From Octopus bimaculoides (Eukaryota): a stretch of DNA of 64,000 bases. Numbering within the stretch: position 1 is the stretch's first letter; every line of letters begins with the position of its first letter. Below, piece after piece: positions 1 to 11,000 of this stretch. A model generated the notes under the pieces. It ran no database searches, was not told where the DNA came from, and worked only from the letters and a program-made list of their open reading frames with translations. The stretch is from contig NC_068992.1 of the NCBI RefSeq assembly GCF_001194135.2, positions 23,657,914-23,721,913 on the forward strand. The letters are read 5' to 3'. The position numbers were made by a program, and so were the translations under genes.

Positions 1-320
1 TATATATGAATATTAAATATAATTATAACAGTAATATTTCGATATTATAAGTATATCTAGTATTAGACAGTGGGAGAATTAGAGCTATAATGAAGTGTGT
101 GAATTATGCACCAACTTAAAAAGACACAATCACACAAACAATCATTAGCGCCCATGAACACACACACACACATACACACACACAAACTCTTGTAGTTTTT
201 TGCTTGTTTCAACTGGATGGCAGTCTGAAAAATTGTGTTAATTTCTGCCATCTGTTGCACAATTTTAAATGAAATTGCTGAGATGTAGTCAGCAAACCTG
301 TCGAGTGGACACAAGTTATA

Positions 321-700
321 CAGTGTTTCAAAAGTCCCCATACATAGGAACAATTTATCGTTTTATAAGAAACAGTTTATAAGAACAGTTTCTTTGTTAT
401 TTAACAAGCTGTATATGATTACTATTGCTTTGAATACACATTACAATACGTTTACCCTACTCATTGTGAATTCGTAATAGCACATCTGGTGATACGTGTG
501 CAAATGAGTTGGTGATGCGATTCTTGAAATGATTTATGTCTTTTATCTTTCCACGATACACCATGCCTTTCAAATGTCTCCAAAGATAGAAATCAAGAGA
601 GGTCAGATCAGGAGATCAGGGGATCAGGGAGATCTTATAAACTGTTTTTATTAAAAAGAAATAAAGTTTTTCTATGTATGGAGACTTTTGAATCACCCTG
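321..700 (-). mobile_element. Internally deleted Tc1/mariner-superfamily DNA transposon (MITE-like), both TIRs present
   Basis: About 65-bp imperfect inverted repeats at 321-384 (CAGTGTTTCAAAAGTCCCCATACATAGG...TTTATAAGA) and 633-700 (ending ...GACTTTTGAATCACCCTG). TA precedes the left end; TT follows the right end. The minus strand keeps a transposase C-terminus: SPDLTSLDFYLWRHLKGMVYRGKIKDINHFKNRITNSFAHVSPDVLLRIHNE*GKRIVMCIQSNSNH (about 625 to 400). Confidence 0.8.
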
Positions 701-904
701 TTGATGTCAGGCTTAATTCGCTACTCGGTTCAAGATTATTAATCGATGGACATATTTATTGGAAAACAATGTAAGTCTCCGAGCAGATCTCCTAAATTAG
801 TCTAAAGCATTGTATTCTACTCTGTGGGTCCCGCAAAAATGTTCTTCCCAAGACTAAATATTAACGAGAACAATGAAGAAGATAATGCAGAACGTTTTTT
901 ACAC

Positions 905-1100
905 CGCTCTATATTTAAGAGATGAGGAATTCTGTACATGATTTACATTGTTTACATTTGACGGATATTTGTTCTCATCTTGTTGTTAACACAACATTTC
1001 GGCTGGTATACCCTCCAGCCTTCTTCAGGTGTCTTGGGGTAATTTCGAACCTACGTTCTTATTCCTAAGGTATTTTTCGATGTTATTATTATTATTATTG

Positions 1101-1177
<77 letters not shown>
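905..1177 (-). mobile_element. Fold-back/hammerhead element family H, copy 1 (single arm plus (TTA)n)
   Basis: Near-identical to the arms at 14457-14700, 41051-41330 and 47230-47383; ends in (TTA)n at 1083-1177. Confidence 0.85.
988..1033 (-). ncRNA. Minimal type I hammerhead ribozyme motif (CUGAAGA core), family H copy 1
   Basis: Minus strand reads GACAC CUGAAGA A GGCUG gagggUAUAC CAGCC GAA AUGU U GUGUU. Stems I and II are intact; stem III is AUGU rather than the palindromic ACGU. Confidence 0.6.
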
Positions 1178-1178
<1 letters not shown>

Positions 1179-3851
1179 GTGTATTAGGTTTTTAACACGC
1201 ATCCAATTCACATTATGTACGTTCTAATCTTTTCTTTCATCTTCTAATGAATAAATAAATATCATGCATTCAGAATCCTATTGTTCCGGGAGTGTAACAC
1301 GAGATGATTCTAGTTCGTTCTTCTAATGCAGCAATGATGCGTGGATTAATAACTAATTGGAAGGAATTGAAAATAAAATTGGTATTTGTTTCTAATTCCT
1401 GAGATATACATTCCACGGAGGAATCTTAGATTTATTTCCATATCAGAAGTTCGATATAAATTTCTTTACTCTTTCATTGTTATGCCTATGGGTATTATGT
1501 ATTTTAACGACACATTTGTATTATTCCAATGCTGCTGAAGTAATTGCTACTGCTAATAATCTTCCAGTCATCTATAAAGATGTCTACTTTAGAGAATACT
1601 ACAGCAGTTGCTAAAATTATTCTTTTTTTTTTAGCCCCTGGTCGTTTGTGATCGAGGTCACTTACTATCGAATCCATTCTCATATAACCATCCAATCATT
1701 TCAAATACATCTTGCTGCAAAATCATTTTATGGTAATGTTTGTGTACGGTCGTGTATTCAGTGATACATCAACTAATACATCGTTCTATATTTTACGCAT
1801 ATTATATGAAATAAGTTCTGATATCCGGAAAAAATAAATATATTTTCGTCCGCTATATTTTGGCACATTTATGTAAACATCCATTGGAATATTGAACGTA
1901 ACAAAAACTGAAAGCAAATATACAAAAATAATATTACTCGTCTACTCTCCTCTTCAGTATCTACCATATAGTAAATCTTACGTTGGCATTTATGAACAAT
2001 TTTGAAGAATTATTATGCCATAAATCAACTTCATATATAGAAAGAAGAAGAACGCCAAAGATTTGCCTGGATATGTTTGACAATTAAAGGAGAAAGATGC
2101 CAATTTTATCATATCGAGTTCGATTTTAGTATGTAGGAGATACGAATACATTAACAGAAACGCCTCTGAAAGCTGTGACAAGATTTGTTGCAGGCTTTTC
2201 AAAAAGTATTATTCCAACAGGATATAGATTTAATTAGCAAGTGCCAATACAGAAATAACGTTTACTTTAACATAAAAAAATAGAACAACTGGGAACGATT
2301 CATTTTGTCGATATTAATTATCTACCTCAAGAAAATTGCTGAAAGCCATGACGGATATAACCAATCCGAAACCTGTTATAATGCATACTATTTGTGTTCT
2401 ATTATTCAACTGAGCCAAAGTTGTTTCTAATAGTAAGTCCCGTCTGAGGGTTGGACTTGGTCATAACACCTTGAATAAAGTACTGTAGAATTTTTACAAT
2501 ATATACAATGTAACTGATATACACAACAAATGTGCGTGTATGTGTCTTTCTGGATGTGTATGTCTGTTTGTTGGTGCGTAAGTTTATGTATATGCATGAT
2601 AAAATGTATGATAGCTGTAAATATACGGTCGTTTTCATGTATGTAGATGGTCATTGTCCAATTTGCTCTTTTTTTTAACACGGCACTTTGCAATTTTAGG
2701 TAGGTCTACCTGCTGGTTTTAATAGGGCCGAAGAAAGCCTTCAGGTTTCCACGTAATAGAATTATTATCTACAATTAAACCAGAGCTAAAACCACCAGCT
2801 TTCACTGAAATATGCATTGCGATCATTCAAATATTTCAATTCAAATTATCTATGAACTAAGATGACCCATCAGTCAAAGAGTGTAAACGAAAGCTGCGGC
2901 GTGCCAAGTGGCACATATTTACAATTGTAAAGACATACCAGGTATGTCTATTTAAAATCCTATTGTTGGCTCACAACGTCAAGCCGTTGTGTCAGTAAGT
3001 GGCAGGAAAAGCTAAAACCAGATTAGCAGATTAATTTTAAGAATATCAACGCTGAATATATTTATTTGGGGTCCATAATTTCTTTGAAATTTTACTTCAA
3101 CAAATTCAGTAGACACAGATTGCTCATCACTGCGGAAATATTTCATCCAGCGTTTCGACTGGAAACATAAATAAGTCCGAGTTATTTATCTTAAATTCGT
3201 TGGTCGATACTTCAATTTTATATTAAAAGAAACATTCATTTTCTTTTGAAAGAAAATCGTTAAGATGGATTTTCATATTTTTATTCTATCCCATTCAGAA
3301 TACATGTGAGATTTGGTACAAGTAAATGGTTGATTGAAGATCGAATCTGTTAATACATAAATTTGCATAATATGATGGCGTCATACGGCTAAATGAGACT
3401 GAAGAGAGCTTAATATAGAATTCAGCAGCTTTCTGTATTATAAGGAAAACCAGTGAAGCGTAGTCACAAAGTTACGTGACATATTTAAAACAATATTACA
3501 CATACAAATTAGTAACGTTTACACGAAAATATTCGTAAATCAAAGGATGGAAAACTATGAAGAATAAAACTGAATAGCGAAACAGTAAGTATATACTCGT
3601 ACAACAATAACAAAAACAATGCTTCATGTTACTCAATGTTTACTTCTAAAGCCACGGAAACAATAGCTGGAGTAGCAATTCACCACGTCTACGAAATGAG
3701 TGATGTTCTGATGTATCTCTTCAAAGACGTCAAGAATTTATAATTCATAACTGTTGTAGAGAAGTTCTATGAAATAGAAAAGCGTTTTGTTTAAACAATA
3801 AACGTTCATTTATGGATTTGCTTCGTATGAAGCATTGAGTATCCATACCTA

Positions 3852-4025
<174 letters not shown>

Positions 4026-4027
<2 letters not shown>

Positions 4028-4245
4028 ATGCTAGAAACATAATTTCAGCAATAATTTCGAGCGCAGTCCAGTAGTTAGTTATAGCGCTGAAATCCGGAAG
4101 TGGACAGAAGAGGAGCTAAATGAGATGGGTAAGACGTGAAGAAAGCTCCTAACGATGAATGAAGCGCATCATCCCTGTGCAGACTCTGAACGTCTATACA
4201 TAAAGAGAATAAATTGAGAAGAGGACTGATAAGTGTGGAAGACAA
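4026..4245 (+). mobile_element. Dong/R4-type non-LTR retrotransposon fragment (region C-terminal to RT)
   Basis: Frameshifted translation NARNIISAIISSAV / PVVSYSAEIRKWTEEELNEMGKT*RKLLTMNEAHHP-ADSERLYIKR..RRGLISVED matches the R4/Dong motif pattern AVPV.RYSAG...WT..EL..DRKTRK.LTM...HP.AD..RLY..R..GGRGL.SVE. Confidence 0.75.
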
Positions 4246-4258
4246 TATATATATATAT

Positions 4259-4297
<39 letters not shown>

Positions 4298-5094
4298 NNN
4301 NNNNNNNNNNNNNNNNNNNNNNNNNNNNNNNNNNNNNNNNNNNNNNNNNNNNNNNNNNNNNNNNNNNNNNNNNNNNNNNNNNNNNNNNNNNNNNNNNNNN
4401 NNNNNNNNNNNNNNNNNNNNNNNNNNNNNNNNNNNNNNNNNNNNNNNNNNNNNNNNNNNNNNNNNNNNNNNNNNNNNNNNNNNNNNNNNNNNNNNNNNNN
4501 NNNNNNNNNNNNNNNNNNNNNNNNNNNNNNNNNNNNNNNNNNNNNNNNNNNNNNNNTATATATATATTTATAAATATTTATGTCCAGAATCACTCCGAAC
4601 GCGGAAGAAGATAGAAAATAATAATCCAGTGAAAGAGAAGTAGTGAGAGTAATAGATCTGACTGAGAGGGAGTGAGAGAAAGTAAGTGCAATGAGAGAAG
4701 AGTAGGGATGATAGATGAATAAGGAAAGTAGGAGTGAAAATCTTCAGGGTTTCAACTCTGTGTGAGTATATGTGTATATGTGTGTGCATGTACAAGGGAA
4801 GTATGTGAATGTTTGTATCTGTGCTTATTATGTACCTTATTTTTTACTTTATTTATATATACAATGCTACAATTAGTTGTCATTATTGACGACACGTGGT
4901 CAGCGTGTCTTATAATAATTCTGCTTGTCATTTTGTTACTTAGTCGGTCATTAACGCTTTCACGTGATTAGTTGAAAGGGAAGATAGAACATTCCGCTAA
5001 CCATTTTGTACTGTGTGCTAAAGCTTCTGCTACTTTGCCGCCTTAAGACGATAAAATAATTATAACAATAATAATAATAGTGATGCGGATAATA

Positions 5095-5635
5095 ATGGCT
5101 TCCATGGCTTCTGATCTTAACTGATTGGAAGTGTTATCATGTACATTGTTTTGAATTGGTATAAAAAATGTGCTACAGCATATATTCTGCTCAATACCAG
5201 AAGATTTGCTTGTCAGATGTTTGACTTTAACCCGTTGACCATGTCCCTTAATTGCTGACAGTATGAACATCTCTGATCACGAGTAGGAGTAGTGGCGGAG
5301 CATCATAGCCATGTATTGAGAGAAATTCTTTGGGGTTTAAAAGCTTCACCTCTGGAAACATGGATATTTCGTTCAACATCATTTAATGACCCTTATTTAG
5401 GGACCTTTTGAGCAGAATGGGCTACTCGACATGAAGAAATTACAAATTGGTCCCAATATGCAAGGTTTTTCACTTTTTATCTTGATATAAAATCACCATG
5501 TCACACACATGTGGTTGTGATGCATGTGTTTGGTATACCCTTATCAGATTGGTGGTCATGATGGGGATATTAGGTTTCGTATGTTTTGCCGCAATGTCAC
5601 TTTGATGGCATGTAATGCTCTCTCACTCAATAATA
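5095..5635. repeat. Interspersed repeat family D, copy 1, flanked by AAT-rich simple sequence
   Basis: 5274-5620 aligns by eye with 5698-6012 (GTAGTGG..AGCATCATAGCCATGT.TTGAGA; TTTATCTTGATATAA; TGTGATGCATGT; TTTGATGGC). No clear ORF. Confidence 0.6.
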
Positions 5636-5654
5636 GTAATAACATTGACGTTAA

Positions 5655-6015
5655 CTAGTTGAGCGTGTCCCTTGGTGGCTGACTATATGTGCATATCTCA
5701 TCATGAGCAAAAGTAGTGGGAAGCATCATAGCCATGTGTTGAGATACATTTTCAGGTGTTTCATAATTCACCCCTTGAAGTATTGGTGTTTCGTTCAACA
5801 TTCTTAATCAATCTACATTCAGAGTCATTTCTACCTGAGCCCCACTTGCCAGATCATATGCTGTTTATCTTGATATAACATCGCCATATTGCGCACATAT
5901 GTTTGTGATGCATGTTCCTGTTCTACTCTTCTCAGATTGGTAGTCATGTTTGGTATGTTGGGCTTCGTATATTTGTGCCCCAGTGTCCTTTTGATGGCTT
6001 ATGCTGCTCTTTTAC
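5655..6015. repeat. Interspersed repeat family D, copy 2 (diverged, directly adjacent, same orientation)
   Basis: Collinear similarity to 5230-5620, with many substitutions and one internal deletion. Confidence 0.6.
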
Positions 6016-7031
6016 TCGATAAAGATAACAAGAACAAATTAGCAACAACAACAACAACAACTACAGAATTACAATTCTTATTTCCAGACATAATTGATAT
6101 GTCCGGAAATAAAGTGCCGGACATTACTTTTCAAGTCTCTCCAATACAACTCAAATGATATAAACGTAGAGAAGAATGTGTCAATTCTGCTAAGTAACAA
6201 GGGAAAATATAGAATATAAAATCTTCATCTGAATCAAGGAAAGAGACTACTAAGGATAGATCACAATCATAAACTCGAAACGGTTACGACGCTTCACTTG
6301 TCCATCACCGACTTACTTTCAATAGCACAATAGACTGAAGGAAATAAATATACGACGTGGCAGCACTAGTCACATGAAAGGAGCACACCTTCCAATATAT
6401 TTATAAAGGAATCTCAAAACTTAACCAAATAAGATAGATGACAAATATGCAGAAAAAGACGGAAAATGATAGCAAAATATCAATCATCTTCAGTGACGTC
6501 AGCAACTTTACAACACATTTTTGTGTGAATGATGTTATTGCTATTTTTGTTTGTGTTTGTTATTGTTTTTTGCTGTTGTTGTGTTTACAGCTAAGATATT
6601 TTGTTTTGAAGTTAAAAATGTTGAAGGGAATATTGATTTTATTTTCAAAAAATTATAGTTTGTTTTTATATTTTGTGCCGTACAAGTTTCTGCATTTAAT
6701 ACAATCCATTTTGTTTATTTTCTCTTTGTGAAACGCAGGCTGTTCATTATGACTTTGGGCAACTTCCGCTTGATTTTCTGGTCGTTCTTGTATTTGTAGA
6801 CGCCATTTTGGCACGTATTTGGCAGCAACAAACTATATTGCACATCTCGAGAAAACAGAACCTAAAACTTTCCCCCGGTACGGGGAATGAGCTTCCTTGT
6901 TAAACAATTCGAAAATTAGACAATTTCCATTTATCAAAAATATAATAACACTCAAAGTATTGTAGCTTTGGAAAACACGCGTTGTCAATGCAAGAAATAT
7001 GAAAAGCGATAACAACAACAACAACAACAAC

Positions 7032-7094
<63 letters not shown>

Positions 7095-7127
7095 TTAATA
7101 ATAGTAATTATTATTAGTATTATTATT

Positions 7128-7164
7128 CAGTAGTTTTATTTTTATAACGTGCTTTCACTTCACT
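7128..7164 (-). mobile_element. Dong/R4 3' terminal fragment next to (AAT)n
   Basis: CAGTAGTTTTATTTTTATAACGTGCTTTCACTTCACT matches 46926-46961 and the reverse complement of 63157-63193; cut by an N gap. Confidence 0.75.
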
Positions 7165-7267
7165 NNNNNNNNNNNNNNNNNNNNNNNNNNNNNNNNNNNN
7201 NNCTGTGATATTCTTATGTTTACTGTAACCCTAGCAGCAAGTGCCCTCTCCATTTCCTTCCCTCCGA

Positions 7268-7740
7268 CTCACAGGTCTACACTTAGAGAAGTACCATCAA
7301 TTCTTGCCCTTTTTGCAACTTTCACCCATATTTCAATAAACTCACTCGAGGACAGCACTTCCCTCTCCACCCTCAATTTCGTTTTCAAGTGATACTTGAA
7401 GAAGTCAACCAGAGCTCTACCAAAGAGGAATGTAACTGTCCTCATGCCTTTCAGCCTTGTCCACCAAACAACATCTTTCGCCACAGCCACCAGGTAAAGG
7501 AAAACTGGTCAGGAGTCTTGTCACTTCGTAGTGGTTGAGAATTCTCATAGAGATGGTGTCAGGTTAAAAATGCTCAGTGATGCGTTTACCTTCAAACACT
7601 GTCTCCTCATGGTGGGAAATGGCAAGTACGATTACATTGTCCTCTGCTACTGGAAATGGTTGGGGATCTAAAGCGGCCGAGTGCTGCAGATAGGTATTGA
7701 AGAGATAACTGCATGTCCATTGTCGTCTGATAACTATAGA
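7268..7740 (-). mobile_element. Tx1/L1-clade LINE, ORF2 C-terminus (pseudogenised)
   Basis: ORF 7269-7490 VAVAKDVVWWTRLKGMRTVTFLFGRALVDFFKYHLKTKLRVEREVLSSSEFIEIWVKVAKRARIDG is typical of the Tx1 ORF2 tail and is similar to 27700-27780. Confidence 0.75.
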
Positions 7741-7804
7741 TAATGTACCTAGTTTAGGTAAACGAAATAATCAAGCAATCTCCAACAGAGTAAATTTTTT
7801 TTAT

Positions 7805-8034
7805 ATTTCCTTATTGTCCACAGGGGGGTGGCTAAGCCTAGAGGGGACAAACAAAGACAGTCAAAGGGATGAAATCGATTACATCAACCCCAGTGCGTAA
7901 CTGGTACTTATTTAATCGACCCCGAAAGGATGAAAAGTAAAGTCGACCTCGGAGGAATTTGAACTCAGAACGTAACGGCAGACGAAATGCCGCTAAGAAT
8001 TTCGCCCGGCGTGCTAACGATTCTGCCAGCTCGC
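7805..8034 (-). mobile_element. tRNA-headed SINE family B
   Basis: Head GCGAGCTGGCAGAATCGTTAGCACGCCGGGCGAAA...GTTCTGAGTTCAAATTCC (B box) and body GTCGACTTTACTTTTCATCCTTTCGGGGTCGATT; more than 15 copies in the window. Confidence 0.85.
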
Positions 8035-8049
8035 GAATTGTAATGAAGT

Positions 8050-11000
8050 AGAAAGATGTGAGAAACGAGTTTAAAACTAACGGGACAATGTAACGAAAGA
8101 ATCTATTTATGAGGTTCTTCTTTAGGAGTTAAGCAATTAAAAGAATGAGCTGGCAAAGAATCTACGCAATTTAGAACGTGATAGACATATTTCCAATAAC
8201 ACAACATATACTTCCTGGACAGACACATTCTGTATATCAACACGGTTAACTATCGAAGTTAGAATTAGAAGAAAATACACAGGAAATAGAAAGTCTTGTA
8301 GAGATCACGTTGACGCTCATGTTAATGCAAGTACAGGAAAATACGGAAGCAGAGACAGCGTTAAGATATCACAATAAAAGGTGAAGTGATGGGTTAAGAG
8401 AAAATTAAATTGAAGGCATGGGATGATGGTCGAAGTCAGAAGATCGAATTATTGTAGGACATATTGGAACCTTTTGAACAAAATGATAACGAGGAGTCGA
8501 CAAACTGGAAGGATGTGATAAAATGATGGCAAATCAAGACCAAAAAAGAACAAAAAATACAACAGGAATTGTTAATGTCATAGATTATGTGGTACTTCTT
8601 ACTTTGCTGTTGGCAAATGACTCAAGCCACGCTGTAACAGAAAGAGTATCACAAAGGGTTTGTTAATAGATCAGGTAAATAAAGAGTGGAGAGAGATATC
8701 ATCTACTGGAACATACAGATAACAGATAGCATGTAGTGCTTCAGAATAAAACTAAGTCATTCAGTAGTTCTTAAATAACGTGCACTACAAAAAGTATGAA
8801 ATGTTATAACATCTGACACGGAATACACGAAAATACACACAAAAATAAAGGAAAAATTAGGAATAAATATAGCAATTAAAGAAGTAATGTAAAGAGTGAG
8901 AGTTGGCGGAAGTCCGCTAAAACGAAATGTTATAAAAACAGAATCCGTCAAAATATGAGAAATTGTGTAAAAATCTTCAGGTAGTAAAAATCTTTTTGGT
9001 GGATTACTAGATGCAGAGAGAAGCAGAAATGTTTGCAATAATGTATGGGCCAAAATATATTCACAATGAAAGGAGCTGTTGGATGAAGGAAGTAGAAAAT
9101 AAATTAACGTTAACGCAGAAATCACTTCGGTGATCATTGTAAAACTAAATTCCGATTTACATAGTCGGAAGCAACTTGGTCCAGAAGATGGAGAGCATAG
9201 AAATTGTTGTTGTTGGCACACCGTCGCTTACGACGTCGAGGGTTCCAGTTGATCCGATCAACGGAACAGCCTGCTCGTGAAATTAACGTGCAAGTGGCTG
9301 AGCACTCCACAGACACGAGTATCCTTAACGTAGTTCTCGGGGATATTCAGCGTGACACAGTGTGACAAATCTGACCCTTTGAATTACAGGCACAACAGAA
9401 ACAGGAAGTAAGGGTGATAGAAAGTTGTGGTGAAAGAGTACAGCAGGGTTCGCTACCATCCCCTGCCGGAGCCTCATGGAGCTTTAGGTGTTTTCGCTCA
9501 ATAAACACTCACAACGCCCGGGCTGGGAATCGAAACCGCGATCCTATGACTGCGAGTCCGCTGCTCTAACCACTGGGCCATTGCGCCTCCTAGAACATAG
9601 AAATACACGTCCAAACGTGAATGATGAGGGCTCAAACTACCGACCAAAACCTGGTTTATTATTACAATGTTTTTTGGTAACAATTACACGTGTATAACAC
9701 CATTGCAAAATTGGAGGAATAGAAAGAGTGACAGAGAAATTCAAGAAAGAAAAAGGGTCAAATAATAATTGACAAAACAACTAAGAAATTGCAGGAGAAA
9801 ATGAATTCGTTTCGCAATAGAATGAATCGATTACATAATAACTTGATGTAGCCTCAGAGTTTTGGAATTTTGAAGCCGCTAAAAATATTGAAAACTACGA
9901 ACAACACGTTTTAAGTGGAAAACGGAATAAACTTTTGGATGAACCTCACTCGGACACAGCAAATACCCTGATTGCTCTTCAATATATTAAACTACCAGCA
10001 TTAAACTTTGGCATCACTCTTTTTTTACGCCTTTTGCAACTGCAATTATAAACGTTGATATACCCAAAAGAACAGTCCGGGAGATGTTTAATCATTTGCT
10101 TATTCATGGATAATATATTGTACGTTGAGAGAATAATATTGGTGAGCCTTGTCAGTAATGTGACAATGGTCAGCCATGATATTAGATAGAATTTGCTATT
10201 TCCGTGTATGGAACTTTTCTGATAAAAAAATGGTAATACCGTGTACGTGATGGAATAAATCCAACGGACGAACCGCGATAAAATATGGGAGTCTAGTACA
10301 GGTAATTGGTATAACTACCTGAGTATCTTGGAAGCTGAACGCTTAAAGTATAAACAATGAAATACAAAATTTGATGAGGATGTTTTCGAAGTCTAAGGAG
10401 GATACAATCTCAATGGTGCAAATACTGTTACATACGAGACTAGTATCCCCGTCACCTAAAACGCCACAATATTTAAATAGCCATAAAATCTTCAGGATCT
10501 AGATAGAAAGACAAGGAAACAACGAATAGTCGACAAAGTATACACATGTATCACATCCGTGCCTGGTGAGAAGATTTTCTGATTAACTTCGCTTTACGAA
10601 GAGCGAACAAATTTCTTCTCTCTTGTTCTTCTGTCTTGTCATTCTCCACGGAATCGCCAATGTTGAACAGAACAATGTATAAGCAATTATATCATGGCCT
10701 CTTCCCTTTTTCATTACCCTTCTCTGATCTCAATTAGCGTCAGATCTTCAGACACTGAGAAGCAAAAAGAAATCAATTATGCCCGATAGAACTAAATGAA
10801 GGACATAACTCCTCTTACATAGAGAAACATAAATTCAGAACTCCAAAATTATAAAGACGGAAAATAACTTTAACTATAATATTGGAAAATTGCATGTGGA
10901 AACTAGATAAAATCTTTACCAAAGCAAATAAGCAAAATCATGAACGATGAGTACTGTAAAACGGGAAATTATATTTAAAAAAAGCCGTGTTCGTAACAGA

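Noticed and set aside
2349-2432. In-frame TGA as possible selenocysteine (…VLLFN*AKVVSN|GTAAGT)
   Set aside because: No selenoprotein motif and no identifiable SECIS; a lone stop codon is expected by chance.
8757-9221. 154-aa hydrophobic minus-strand ORF
   Set aside because: It is the antisense shadow of the purine-rich BEL/Pao remnant.
9520-9590. tRNA genes (also at 14706-14862, 21760-21826, 41328-41473 and 50160-50234)
   Set aside because: A and B boxes are present, but acceptor stems do not pair and each is fused to a repeated body, so these are SINE heads.
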